This document shows, piece after piece, positions 46,237 to 55,953 of a stretch of 64,000 nt of DNA. The notes under the pieces are model-generated. The model saw only the letters and a program-made list of their open reading frames with translations, did no database searches and had not been told where the DNA came from. This DNA comes from Thermoplasmata archaeon (GTDB lineage: Archaea; Thermoplasmatota; Thermoplasmata; UBA10834): contig JAWCKF010000007.1 of NCBI GenBank assembly GCA_038852315.1, positions 1,148 to 65,147 of the forward strand, read 5' to 3'. The translations under genes were made by a program, and so were the position numbers. Position 1 is the stretch's first letter; each line of letters starts with the position of its first letter.

Positions 46237-49200
46237 TGGCAGCGACCGACAAGATAGGCGCGGTCATGATAGTCGGTGGAGGGATATCCGGCATGCAGTC
46301 CGCGCTGGACCTGGCAGACTCCGGATACAAGGTGTACCTGATCGAGAAGCAGCCGAGCATAGGCGGGACCATGGCGCAGCTCGACAAGACCTTCCCAACG
46401 AACGACTGCGCCATGTGCATCATGGCGCCCAAGCTCGTGGCCACGGGCAGGCACCACAACATCGAGCTCATCACTAACGCCGAGGTCGCGATAGTCGACG
46501 GCGAGGCAGGGAACTTCAGCGTCACCGTGAAGCAGAAGGCCTTCAGAGTGGACCCGAAAAAGTGCACTGGCTGCGGCAGCTGCGCTCAGAAGTGCCCCAT
46601 CGAGACGACAAACGAGTACGACGAGCATACGAAGACCCGTAAGGCGATCTACGTCCGCTACCCGCAGGCCGTGCCGCTCGTGTACTCCATCGATCCCGAC
46701 AGGTGCATCGGGTGCGGCATATGCGCCGAGGAGTGCAAGGCCAAGGCCGTGGACTACGACCAGAAGGAGAAGGTGCTCGAGATCAAGGTCGGGTCGATCA
46801 TACTCTCCCCTGGGTTTGACGAGTTCAACGCTCGCCTGAAATCCGAGTACGGCTACGGCGTGTACAAGAACGTCGTGACGAGCATAGAGTTCGAGCGGAT
46901 ACTCTCCGCCACAGGGCCATACATGGGGACCGTTCTGAGGCCCTCGGACGGGGACATCCCTGAGAAGATAGCCTTCATACAGTGTGTCGGCTCCAGAGAC
47001 GAGCACTGTGGGAACGAGTACTGCTCGAGCGTGTGCTGCATGTATTCCATCAAGGAGGCTGTCATCGCCAAGGAGCACGGCGGGAACATCAAGCCATCGA
47101 TATTCTTCATGGACATGAGGGCCTTCGGCAAGGAGTTCGACGAGTACTACAGCCGCGCGGAGAAGGAGTACGGCGTCAGGTTCGTCCGCTCCAGGGTCGC
47201 GGCCATCAGCGAGGACCCGAGGACGAACGACCTGATAGTGAAGTACGTCGAGAACGGCGAGCCCAAGGAGGAGGTGTTCAACATGGTCGTGCTCGCGGTC
47301 GGGCTCAGGCCTCCTGCCGATGCCGAGGCCCTCAGCAGGATCATGAAGTTCAAGCTGAACGAGGACGGGTTCGCCTCGACGAGCGTGTTCGCCCCGGTGG
47401 AGACATCGAGGCCTGGGATATTCGTCAGCGGCGCGTTCTCCGCCCCGAAGGACATACCGATGACCGTCGCTGAGGCCTCAGGCGCCGCCGCGAAGGCAGG
47501 GACCGAGATAGCCGCTGCCAGGAACACCCTGGTCACGAAGAAGGAGTACCCGCCGGAGATCAACATCGAGGGGCAGGAGCCAAGGATAGGCGTGTTCGTG
47601 TGCCACTGTGGCATAAACATCGGGGGCGTGGTGAACGTGCCCGAGGTGATGGAGTACGCGAAGACCTTGCCCAACGTCGTTTACGCCGAGCAGAACCTGT
47701 ACACGTGCTCTCAGGACACCCAGGAGAAGATCAAGGAGAAGGTCAAGGAGCTGAAGCTGAACCGCGTGGTGGTCGCCAGCTGCACGCCGAGGACTCACGA
47801 GCCGCTGTTCCAGAACACCATCCGGGAGGCGGGGCTGAACGCCTACCTCTTCGAGATGGCGAACATAAGGGACCAGTGCTCCTGGATACACATGCACGAG
47901 CCGAAGGCCGCCACGAAGAAGGCCAAGGACCTCGTCAGGATGGCCGTCGCGAAGGCGCGTCTGCTCGAACCTCTGGAGAACCTGACGCTGAAGGTCAACC
48001 AGTCAGCGCTGGTGCTCGGCGGCGGCGTCAGCGGCATGACCGCCGCGCTCGAACTAGCAAGGCAGGGCTTCAAGGTGCACCTGGTCGAGAAGGAGAAGGA
48101 GCTAGGTGGCAACGCGAGGAAGCTGCACTTCCTCCCGTCCGGCGACGACCCGGTTGCCTTCGCCAAGCAGCTCGACAGGCAGGTGACCTCTAACCCGAAC
48201 ATAACGGTCTACACGGGGGCGAGGGTGAAGTCCATCGACGGCTATGTCGGGAACTTCAAGACGACCCTCGAGAGCGGGGAGCAGCTTGAGCACGGTGTGG
48301 TGATAGTCGCCATCGGTGGCGAGGAATACAAGCCGAACGGCGAGTACCTCTACGGGAAGAACAAGAACGTGATGACGCTGCTCGAGTTCAAGGAGAAGCT
48401 GTCGAGTGGCCAGGCGAAGGGACACGAGTACGTGTTCATCCAGTGTGTAGGCTCCCGCGAGGACAAGCATCCGAACTGCTCACGCGTCTGCTGCACGGGC
48501 ACGATGAGCGCAGCGAAGAAGATCAAGGAGCTGGACCCGAACGCGAAGGTCTACGTCCTGTACCGGGACATCAGGACCTACGGCTTCAGGGAGAAGTACT
48601 ACAAGGAGGCCGCGAACGCTGGCGTGAAGTTCATCAGGTTCGAGGACGACCAGAAGCCCAAGGTCGAGGAGAAGAACGGCAAACTCGAGGTGACCGTCGA
48701 GGATGAGGACACCGGAAAGCTCGTGGTCCTGAAGCCCGACTACCTCGTGCTGGCGGCCGGGACGCGCCCGCAGGCGGATGCGGAGAAGCTCGCGCCCATG
48801 CTGAAGGTGCCCATGACCAAGGAGGGCTTCTTCCTGGAGGCGCATATGAAGCTCAGGCCTGTTGACTTCGCGACGGAAGGGGTGTACCTCGCCGGCCTGG
48901 CGCACGGCCCTAAGTTCATCGACGAGAGCATAGCCCAGGCCCTCGCGGCCGTGTCGAGGGCCACCACGGTCCTGTCGAAGACCGAGCTCGAGGCCGAGGG
49001 CATAGTCGCGAGCGTGGACGAGAAGCTGTGCGACGGCTGTGGCATATGCGTGCCCACGTGCGAGTACAGGGCGCTGGAGATCGTGCCGAACAAGGAGGAC
49101 CCGAAGAAGAAGCTCGTCAGCGTCAACGTCGGGCTGTGCAAGGGCTGCGGAGCTTGCGTGGGCGCCTGCCCGGCTGGCGCGCTGACCCAGAAGGGCTTCA

Positions 49201-49274
49201 GGGACGCGCAGATCTACGCGATGATAGATGCCGCGCTCGAGGGCGAGACACCCAAGCAGGAGGTGAGGCAATGA
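46236..49274 (+). CDS. hdrA: fused double HdrA-like flavoprotein, module 3
   Basis: Colinear with 37104..40154 ([80 protein letters not shown]-terminal CDGCGICVPTCE / CKGCGACVGACP). The ATG overlaps the upstream TGA. A GTG at 46233 is the alternative start. Confidence 0.9.
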   Translation: MAATDKIGAVMIVGGGISGMQSALDLADSGYKVYLIEKQPSIGGTMAQLDKTFPTNDCAMCIMAPKLVATGRHHNIELITNAEVAIVDGEAGNFSVTVKQKAFRVDPKKCTGCGSCAQKCPIETTNEYDEHTKTRKAIYVRYPQAVPLVYSIDPDRCIGCGICAEECKAKAVDYDQKEKVLEIKVGSIILSPGFDEFNARLKSEYGYGVYKNVVTSIEFERILSATGPYMGTVLRPSDGDIPEKIAFIQCVGSRDEHCGNEYCSSVCCMYSIKEAVIAKEHGGNIKPSIFFMDMRAFGKEFDEYYSRAEKEYGVRFVRSRVAAISEDPRTNDLIVKYVENGEPKEEVFNMVVLAVGLRPPADAEALSRIMKFKLNEDGFASTSVFAPVETSRPGIFVSGAFSAPKDIPMTVAEASGAAAKAGTEIAAARNTLVTKKEYPPEINIEGQEPRIGVFVCHCGINIGGVVNVPEVMEYAKTLPNVVYAEQNLYTCSQDTQEKIKEKVKELKLNRVVVASCTPRTHEPLFQNTIREAGLNAYLFEMANIRDQCSWIHMHEPKAATKKAKDLVRMAVAKARLLEPLENLTLKVNQSALVLGGGVSGMTAALELARQGFKVHLVEKEKELGGNARKLHFLPSGDDPVAFAKQLDRQVTSNPNITVYTGARVKSIDGYVGNFKTTLESGEQLEHGVVIVAIGGEEYKPNGEYLYGKNKNVMTLLEFKEKLSSGQAKGHEYVFIQCVGSREDKHPNCSRVCCTGTMSAAKKIKELDPNAKVYVLYRDIRTYGFREKYYKEAANAGVKFIRFEDDQKPKVEEKNGKLEVTVEDEDTGKLVVLKPDYLVLAAGTRPQADAEKLAPMLKVPMTKEGFFLEAHMKLRPVDFATEGVYLAGLAHGPKFIDESIAQALAAVSRATTVLSKTELEAEGIVASVDEKLCDGCGICVPTCEYRALEIVPNKEDPKKKLVSVNVGLCKGCGACVGACPAGALTQKGFRDAQIYAMIDAALEGETPKQEVRQ

Positions 49275-49732
49275 GCTCAGAGGCCGCGCACAAGTCCGAT
49301 GCCGGACACGGGGAGACGGGCGAGTGGGAGCCTAAGATACTGGTGTTCTGCTGCAACTGGTGCTCGTACGCCGGGGCGGACCTGGCTGGCGTGAGCAGGT
49401 TGCAGATGCCCCCGTACTTCCGCGTGATAAGGGTCATGTGCTCCGCCAGGGTCGACCCCGAGTTCGTCATGCGGGCGTTCCAGAAGGGTGCCGACGGCGT
49501 GCTCGTCGCGGGGTGCCACCCGGCAGACTGCCACTACATAGGCGGCAACTACAGGACGCGCAGGAGGATGGCGCTCATGAAGATGCTGATACAGCAGTTC
49601 GGGTTCGACCCCGACAGGCTGAGGCTCGAATGGATATCGGCAGGCGAGGGCGAGAAGTTCCAGAAGACCATAATCGAGTTCACCAACACCATCAAGGAGC
49701 TGGGCCCATCGCCCATCAAGGGAGGTGCGTGA
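49271..49732 (+). CDS. mvhD: F420-non-reducing hydrogenase iron-sulfur subunit D (MvhD)
   Basis: [18 protein letters not shown]...GCHPADCHY, 153 aa. It has an ATGA overlap with hdrA and lies directly upstream of mvhG/mvhA. Confidence 0.9.
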   Translation: MSSEAAHKSDAGHGETGEWEPKILVFCCNWCSYAGADLAGVSRLQMPPYFRVIRVMCSARVDPEFVMRAFQKGADGVLVAGCHPADCHYIGGNYRTRRRMALMKMLIQQFGFDPDRLRLEWISAGEGEKFQKTIIEFTNTIKELGPSPIKGGA

Positions 49733-49733
49733 G

Positions 49734-50750
49734 ATGGCCGAGAAGATAAAGATCGCGCAGTACTGGGGCGCCGGGTGCGGAGGGTGCGACGTCGCGCTCC
49801 TGGACATAGACGCGAAGATACTCGATGTGCACGCGATAGCCGATGTCGTGTTCTGGCCGATCGGCTTCGACGGCAAGCTCCACGAGATAGAGAACATGCC
49901 CGACAAGTCGATCACCGTGAGCTTCTACAACGGCGCGATAAGGAACTCCGAGAACGAGCACATAGCCAAGGTCCTGAGGCAGAAGTCGGTCATCATGATA
50001 GCCTTCGGGTCGTGTGCGTGCTACGGAGGCACGCCCGGGCTCGCGAACGTGACCAACAGACAGGAGGTCTTCGAGACGGTGTACAAGCAGACGCCTTCCA
50101 CCGACAACCCCGAGGGCGTGTTGCCCCAGCCGCGGGTGAAGGTCAAGGAGGGAGAGCTCGAGCTGCCCGAGTTCTGGGACACCGTCAAGACGCTCGACGA
50201 GGTCGTCGACGTCGACTACTTCATGCCGGGCTGTCCGCCCACGGTCAACCTGATCGCGATGGCGGTCGATGCGGTCGTCGCGCACGTCACGAAGGGCGCA
50301 CCGCTGCCCCCGAAGGGGACGGTCATCGCGTCCGACAAGACGCTCTGCGACGAGTGCAAGAGGGAGAGGGTCGAGAAGGGCAGGAGGATCGAGAGGATCT
50401 ACCAGGCCTACGAGATAAAGCCCGACCCGAAGAAGTGTCTGCTCGACCAGGGCATAATATGCCTGGGGCCGGCCACGAGGGCCGGGTGCGGCGCGATGTG
50501 CCCGAACGCGCAGATGCCCTGCAGGGGCTGCATGGGCCCGACGAAGGCCGTGACGGACCAGGGCGCGAGCATGCTGAGCGCGGTGTCGTCCCTGCTCAAC
50601 ATCACGGATTCGGAGTCAAAGTTAAGTGAGGAGCAGATAATGGAACTCATGATGCAGGTGAAGGACCCGTTGGGCACGTTCTACGCGTTCTCCCTGCCGA
50701 AGTCGCCTCTGAAGAGGACTGTGACGGAGCGCAAGAAGAGGAAGGGGTGA
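49734..50750 (+). CDS. mvhG: [NiFe] hydrogenase small subunit, Mvh/F420-non-reducing type (MvhG)
   Basis: IAQYWGAGCGGCDVALLD N-terminal cluster motif and further Cys clusters (GSCACYGG, PGCPP, CDEC, CLGPATRAGCGAMCP...CRGC). RBS GGAGGTG precedes the start. Confidence 0.9.
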   Translation: MAEKIKIAQYWGAGCGGCDVALLDIDAKILDVHAIADVVFWPIGFDGKLHEIENMPDKSITVSFYNGAIRNSENEHIAKVLRQKSVIMIAFGSCACYGGTPGLANVTNRQEVFETVYKQTPSTDNPEGVLPQPRVKVKEGELELPEFWDTVKTLDEVVDVDYFMPGCPPTVNLIAMAVDAVVAHVTKGAPLPPKGTVIASDKTLCDECKRERVEKGRRIERIYQAYEIKPDPKKCLLDQGIICLGPATRAGCGAMCPNAQMPCRGCMGPTKAVTDQGASMLSAVSSLLNITDSESKLSEEQIMELMMQVKDPLGTFYAFSLPKSPLKRTVTERKKRKG

Positions 50751-50756
50751 GCACCA

Positions 50757-52271
50757 GTGACAGGACCAGTGATCAACGACACGCCGACGAAGACAAAGGA
50801 GAAGAGGATAACGATAGACCCCATCACCAGGCTGGAGGGCCACGGGAAGATAGAGATCTTCCTGAACGATGCGGGCGATGTGGAGAACGCCTACCTCCAG
50901 ATACCGGAGCTGAGGGGGTTCGAGAGGTTCTGCATAGGCAGGCACGTGATGGAGCTGCCCGTGCTCACGAACAGACTCTGCGGCGTCTGTCCAGCGGCGC
51001 ACCACATGGCAAGCACGAAGGCGCTCGACGCGGTGTTCGACGCCGAGCCCACGCCCACGGCGAAGAAGCTGCGGGAGCTGTTCTACATGGGCCAGTACAC
51101 GCACAGCCACATAGCCCACTTCTACGCGCTCGCTGCTCCGGACTTCGTCCTTGGCCCGGCCGCTCCCGCTAACAAGAGGAACGTCCTCGGCGTCGTGGAC
51201 GCCGTAGGCGTTTCAATAGGTGCGGAGGTCATAAAGCACAGGTCCTACGGGCAGAAGATCCAGGAGATCGTCGGCGGGAGGGCCACGCACCCCGTGTTCG
51301 GGTTGCCAGGGGGCGTCTCGAAGCAGATAAGCGAGGAGGAGCGGGCACAGATGGAGGCCATGGCGAAGAGCTGCGTCGAGTTCGGCAAGTTCACCATCAA
51401 GCTCTTCCACGACGTGGTGCTCGGCAACAAGGACTACATGAACATCGTGCTCAACAAGGACGCGTACTACCTCGAGACCTACTACATGGGCATGGTCGAC
51501 AAGAACAACAAGAGCAACTTCTACGACGGCGACGTGCGCGTGGTGGACCAGGCCGGCAAGGAGGTCGTGAGGTTCAAGCCGAGCGAATACCTGGACGTCA
51601 TCGCCGAGCATGTGGAGCCATGGACCTACATGAAGATGCCCTACCTGAAGAAGGTTGGCTGGAAGGGGTTCGTGGACGGCGCCTCGAGCGGCATATACAG
51701 GGTCGGTCCGCTGGGCAGGATCAACGTCTGCACGGGCTACACCACGCCACTGGCGCAGAAGGAGTATGAGGTCTTCAAGAAGACGATGAAGGACCTGGGC
51801 GTCACGGGGCCCGCACACCACACCATGGCGTACCACTGGGCGCGCGTCATAGAGCTGCAGTACGCGGCCGAGCGCATGCTGGAGCTCGCGAGCGACAGGA
51901 GCATAACCAGCGACGACATCAGGGGGCCGTACAAGCAGCCGAAGGAGGGCGTGGGCATAGTCGAGGCCCCGAGGGGCACGCTGATACACCACTACGCCTC
52001 CGACAAGGACGGCCTGTGCACGAAGATAAACATGATCGTCGCGACGACGAACAACTACGCCGCGATCAACACCAGCGTAAGGCAGGCCGCGAAGGCGCTG
52101 ATAAAGGGCGGGCACGTCTCGCCAGGTCTCCTGAACAAGGTGGAGATGGCCTTCAGGTGCTACGACCCGTGCAACTCCTGCGGCACGCACTCCCTGAGCG
52201 GCGGGCCGGCGCTGGAGATAGTCGTGCGCAGGAAGGACGGGTCTGTGCTCACGACCCAGAGAAACTTCTGA
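50757..52271 (+). CDS. mvhA: [NiFe] hydrogenase large subunit, Mvh type (MvhA)
   Basis: N-terminal RLCGVCPAAHH (RxCGxCxxxH) and C-terminal DPCNSCGTH (DPCxxCxxH), followed by a cleavable extension. GTG start. Confidence 0.9.
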   Translation: MTGPVINDTPTKTKEKRITIDPITRLEGHGKIEIFLNDAGDVENAYLQIPELRGFERFCIGRHVMELPVLTNRLCGVCPAAHHMASTKALDAVFDAEPTPTAKKLRELFYMGQYTHSHIAHFYALAAPDFVLGPAAPANKRNVLGVVDAVGVSIGAEVIKHRSYGQKIQEIVGGRATHPVFGLPGGVSKQISEEERAQMEAMAKSCVEFGKFTIKLFHDVVLGNKDYMNIVLNKDAYYLETYYMGMVDKNNKSNFYDGDVRVVDQAGKEVVRFKPSEYLDVIAEHVEPWTYMKMPYLKKVGWKGFVDGASSGIYRVGPLGRINVCTGYTTPLAQKEYEVFKKTMKDLGVTGPAHHTMAYHWARVIELQYAAERMLELASDRSITSDDIRGPYKQPKEGVGIVEAPRGTLIHHYASDKDGLCTKINMIVATTNNYAAINTSVRQAAKALIKGGHVSPGLLNKVEMAFRCYDPCNSCGTHSLSGGPALEIVVRRKDGSVLTTQRNF

Positions 52272-52341
52272 AGGCGTGCCGGGGGCCAGGGCCCTTCGAG
52301 TGTCTTTCCAGTCACGCTTAACTTCCCAGAGTCAGTTATCC

Positions 52342-52818
52342 ATGACCGTGAAGGCGCTGGTGCTGGGCGTGGGCAACCCTATAAAGTCCGACGACGGCGT
52401 CGGTGTCCGCGTAGCCCGCTTGCTGAAAGAAAGGAGCATCCCGGGCGTCGATGTCGAGGAGCTCCCTGCCAGCGGACTCGAGCTCCTGGACTGCGTGCTC
52501 GGATACGACCTCGTGGTCGTGATCGATGCCATCCAGACCAAGGGCGGGCGTCCCGGGGACTTCTACGAGCTCGGAGAGGATGACTTCGAGAGGACTGTGC
52601 ACGGGGCGTCCCCTCACGGGGTGAACATAGCCACCGCTTTGGCTCTTGGCAGGAGGATCGTGCCAGAGAGGATGCCCAAGAAGGTGGTGTTCGTCGCGGT
52701 GGAGGCTTCGGACCTCGTCAACGTGAGCGAGAAGCTCACGCCCGATGTCGAGGCCCAGGTGCCGAGAATAGTGGATTTCGTGGAGGACAAGGTCCGCGCC
52801 CTGCTCTCGAAAGGATGA
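52342..52818 (+). CDS. hydrogenase maturation endopeptidase (HycI/FrhD/HyaD family)
   Basis: LVLGVGNPIKSDDGVGVRVA ... VVVIDA ... SPHG are the conserved Asp/His metal-ligand contexts of this protease family. Confidence 0.85.
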   Translation: MTVKALVLGVGNPIKSDDGVGVRVARLLKERSIPGVDVEELPASGLELLDCVLGYDLVVVIDAIQTKGGRPGDFYELGEDDFERTVHGASPHGVNIATALALGRRIVPERMPKKVVFVAVEASDLVNVSEKLTPDVEAQVPRIVDFVEDKVRALLSKG

Positions 52819-52842
52819 GCGCGCTCTCGAAATCCAAGGGGT

Positions 52843-53892
52843 TCAGCATATCCTCGGGACCGGGTCTCCCACGGGTGGCTCGATAACTCGCTTGCCACCC
52901 GTGTGCGTGACCATCATCACGCCCTGTATGTCCCTCGTGGCCTCGCCTATGATCCGTGCCCCCCGGCCCTCAGGAGTGGTCCTGAGCGCTGCCAGAACCG
53001 CCTCAGCCATCTCGGGAACGACCGCGAGCACGGCCTTCCCCTCGTTCCCTATCTCGAGAGGGTCGATGCCGAGCATCTCGCATGCCGAGAGCACGGGCCC
53101 GTCTATGGGAAGGTCCACTTCGCGTATCCTCATGCCGACCCTCGACTTGTCCGCCCACTCGTTGAGGAGGTTGGCCAGGCCGCCGCGCGTGGGGTCCTTC
53201 ATGGCCACGATGCCACCCACCTTGAGGCACTCCGATATCATCCTGTTGAGCGGTGCCGCATCGCTCTTGATGGATGTCTCGAACCCGTAGCCCTCCCTGA
53301 AGGACAGCAGAGCGACGCCGTGGTTCCCGATGGGGCCCGAGACGATCATGACATCACCGTCGGCCACAGCCGAGTCGTTCGGCCAGCTCCACCTGAATTC
53401 CCTAGAAGACCTCACGACCTCGATGTTGTGGTCAAGGTATGGGGAGCGCCTGCCTATCCCGCTCGTGTTGATGAACAGACCGTCGGCCGCCCCCTTCTCG
53501 ACCACCTTCGTGTCGCCTGTCACGATTTCGACCCCGGCCTCCCTCGCCGTGTCGTTCATGCTCCTCAGTATCCTGCGGAGGTCGTCTGTTAGGAACCCCT
53601 CCTGGATTATCATGGCGCACGATAGCGCAACTGGTTCCGCACCCATCACGGAAAGGTCATTGACCGTGCCCGCGACCGCCAGTCTGCCGATGTCGCCGCC
53701 GGGGAAGAACAGAGGCTTGACCGTGTAGGAATCAGTGGTGAAGGCGAGGCCGTTTACTATCGCAGAATCGTCCAGAGACGCCAGGGGTATCTCGCCGAAG
53801 TCGTGGTCGAGCTCCTTCAGCACGAACTCGCGGATGAACTCCTGCATCCGCTCCCCGCCTGCGCCGTGAGCGCTTGTTATCCTTTCCGCCAT
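52843..53892 (-). CDS. hypE: hydrogenase expression/formation protein HypE
   Basis: ITSAHGAGGERM N-terminus, PurM-like fold motifs and the C-terminal PRIC motif. Start is taken at MAERITS. Confidence 0.9.
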   Translation of the reverse strand: MAERITSAHGAGGERMQEFIREFVLKELDHDFGEIPLASLDDSAIVNGLAFTTDSYTVKPLFFPGGDIGRLAVAGTVNDLSVMGAEPVALSCAMIIQEGFLTDDLRRILRSMNDTAREAGVEIVTGDTKVVEKGAADGLFINTSGIGRRSPYLDHNIEVVRSSREFRWSWPNDSAVADGDVMIVSGPIGNHGVALLSFREGYGFETSIKSDAAPLNRMISECLKVGGIVAMKDPTRGGLANLLNEWADKSRVGMRIREVDLPIDGPVLSACEMLGIDPLEIGNEGKAVLAVVPEMAEAVLAALRTTPEGRGARIIGEATRDIQGVMMVTHTGGKRVIEPPVGDPVPRIC

Positions 53893-54006
53893 GTGCAGCC
53901 CCGGCCGCCCATTCGTAGCCAATGGCCGGTAATAACGCTTTTGGTGGCCAGGAACGGGCGCCATGGTGGCGGAAGGGATAGATAGGGATCTGTGGTTCCC
54001 GAATTC

Positions 54007-54633
54007 ATGCTCTCAGGTATAGTCCTCTCGGGGGGCGCTAGCTCACGCATGGGCCGCGAGAAGGGACTGACGGAACTTGCGGGTAAACCCCTCGTAGGCA
54101 TCGTAGCTGAAGTCCTGCTTCAGGTCGCGGATGAGGTGATAATCTCGGTCGCGAGAGGGATGACCAAGAAATACCTCCGGTTCGTGACCGCCAACGTGAG
54201 ATTGGCAGAGGACAAGCACGAGGGGCTCGGCCCTATGGAGGGCCTGGTACGGTCGCTCACGATGTGCAAAGGAGAATACGCCGTGGTCGCGCCATGCGAC
54301 GTGCCTTTCTTGCGCGTGGCAGTGTGCAGGACCGTTGCCGAGGCCGCCTCGGGCCACGACGGAGCGGTCCCGATAGTGCGCGGATTCGCGGAGCCGTTGC
54401 ACGGAGCGTACCTGAGAAGAAGGGCGATCGAGGTCTTCGAAAGACATCTTGTGGAAGGCCGTCTCAAGCTCCAGGATGCATGTGCAGAGCTCGACTTGGT
54501 CGCGGTTCCGGAAGAGCGCATCAGGATGGCCGACCCGGTGCTTGACAGCTTCTGGAACCTGAACTCGGCCGAGGAACTCGGCAGGGCCGAGATAAGGTTT
54601 CGGAAGTCAGACTCTGGCACTATACCTTCTTGA
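54007..54633 (+). CDS. mobA: molybdenum cofactor guanylyltransferase-like (MobA family)
   Basis: MLSGIVLSGGASSRMGREKGL is the MobA/nucleotidyltransferase LAGG-x-S-x-RMG signature, and APCDVPF is also present. Confidence 0.75.
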   Translation: MLSGIVLSGGASSRMGREKGLTELAGKPLVGIVAEVLLQVADEVIISVARGMTKKYLRFVTANVRLAEDKHEGLGPMEGLVRSLTMCKGEYAVVAPCDVPFLRVAVCRTVAEAASGHDGAVPIVRGFAEPLHGAYLRRRAIEVFERHLVEGRLKLQDACAELDLVAVPEERIRMADPVLDSFWNLNSAEELGRAEIRFRKSDSGTIPS

Positions 54634-55252
54634 TGATCTTTGCGAAGCGTTCCTTGGCCTCCTCGATGTCGAGCGGCTCCAGGAAGTGCTCAGGAGTGGT
54701 ATGCCTGAGGTAGTGGGCTCCGATCGATGCGACTATGAATCCCCCGAAGCAGTCGAAGAGAAGGTCTCTCATCGTGTCGTCAAGGCCGTACTGCATCCTC
54801 GAACCTAACAGCTGGTCTGTGGCGAACTCCATTATCTCCCATAGCACACCGAAGGCCATGGTGAACATGACCAGGAAGAACACCAGGAACCGCGGCGGAA
54901 GGTATATCGAGTCGACGTACTTGTCGATCGTCACTACGGCGACAAAACCCAGCATCGCGACGAGAGATGCAGAGAAGCCGTGAGTGATGTGGTCCCAGCC
55001 CGGAACGTCGTCGTAGAACCCGGAGAACCCTCCGACGACATGCAGGAACAGGGCGAGGACCACTAGGAAGTTCAGCTCCACTGGCAGGACGAGCTTCAGG
55101 TCTTTCCGTAGAATCGAGGGTACCTCGCTGACGAACAAAGATGCCACCGAGGCTGGGACCCAGGTGAGGTTTCCAGTCACGACGCCCGCGACTGCGACAG
55201 AGGCCATGCCTGCCTGCATCGCCCTGGACAGCAGTCTCAGCTTTTCTTCCAT
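54620..55252 (-). CDS. integral membrane protein, function unknown
   Basis: 210 aa with about 5-6 TM segments. It overlaps the stop of the upstream membrane-protein gene by 16 nt, which implies co-transcription. Confidence 0.6.
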   Translation of the reverse strand: MEEKLRLLSRAMQAGMASVAVAGVVTGNLTWVPASVASLFVSEVPSILRKDLKLVLPVELNFLVVLALFLHVVGGFSGFYDDVPGWDHITHGFSASLVAMLGFVAVVTIDKYVDSIYLPPRFLVFFLVMFTMAFGVLWEIMEFATDQLLGSRMQYGLDDTMRDLLFDCFGGFIVASIGAHYLRHTTPEHFLEPLDIEEAKERFAKIIKKV

Positions 55253-55953
55253 CCAGCCACCTCATATATGTGTATGAATCCGAGGGTCCTCTGCCTGCTC
55301 TCAGACATCGCTCGCAGGTAAAGGTCGTAAACGAACCCCATCACCAGGCCCCCTACGAGGCTCCAGGTCATGCTCTTCATAGCGTCAGTGTTGGTGCCGA
55401 TGTGATTCGTGCCGTTCACGACATCGCCCACATACTCGCCCACGAACCAGAGCCCTGTGGCACCCAAAGTGAAGATTATCACGAAGAACACCGCGAAGGG
55501 CCTGTTCATCCTCAGATCGGTGTACATGTGCAACTCGACAGTCAGCAGGAACCCGAGAGTGGCGAGCGAGAATGCGAAAGCAACGGATGTGAAGTCGGAC
55601 CACCAGGAGAGGCTCTCTGTCAGGGCCTTAGAGCCCTCGGAAATGTGCAGGAGAAGAGGGGCAGCCAGAAGCAAAGTCATCTCCCAGGGGAGGGCGTGGA
55701 AGGGATCCTTCAGAGACACGATTGGCAGGATGTACAGCGATATCGCGGTGATCCCGAAAACGATCCACAGCACATCGAATCTAACGGTAACGTACACCGT
55801 TGCGAAGAACAGTACCAAACTGGCTATCCAAGAGAGCTCTGCCTCGAGTATCTCTTCCGGCTTGCGCCCTCTCAAAGGACTCCTCCCTGAACTTGCAGTG
55901 CCTCCCAGACCGGTCACCAAGAAAGCCCCTAGCGAAGTGCTCCTATAAGCCAA
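55237..55953 (-). CDS. integral membrane protein, function unknown
   Basis: 238 aa with about 6 TM segments. It overlaps the histidine kinase stop by 11 nt. The start is uncertain. Confidence 0.55.
   Translation of the reverse strand: MAYRSTSLGAFLVTGLGGTASSGRSPLRGRKPEEILEAELSWIASLVLFFATVYVTVRFDVLWIVFGITAISLYILPIVSLKDPFHALPWEMTLLLAAPLLLHISEGSKALTESLSWWSDFTSVAFAFSLATLGFLLTVELHMYTDLRMNRPFAVFFVIIFTLGATGLWFVGEYVGDVVNGTNHIGTNTDAMKSMTWSLVGGLVMGFVYDLYLRAMSESRQRTLGFIHIYEVAGWKKS

Noticed and set aside
44014-52190. Series of long minus-strand ORFs inside the hdr/mvh operon (44014..44868, 44926..46182, 46203..47078, 48480..49271, 51213..52190)
   Set aside because: All are antisense to genes with unmistakable HdrA/MvhD/MvhA motifs. 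Their translations are Arg/Leu/His/Pro/Val-rich low-complexity strings, which are frame shadows caused by the GC3 bias of the real genes.
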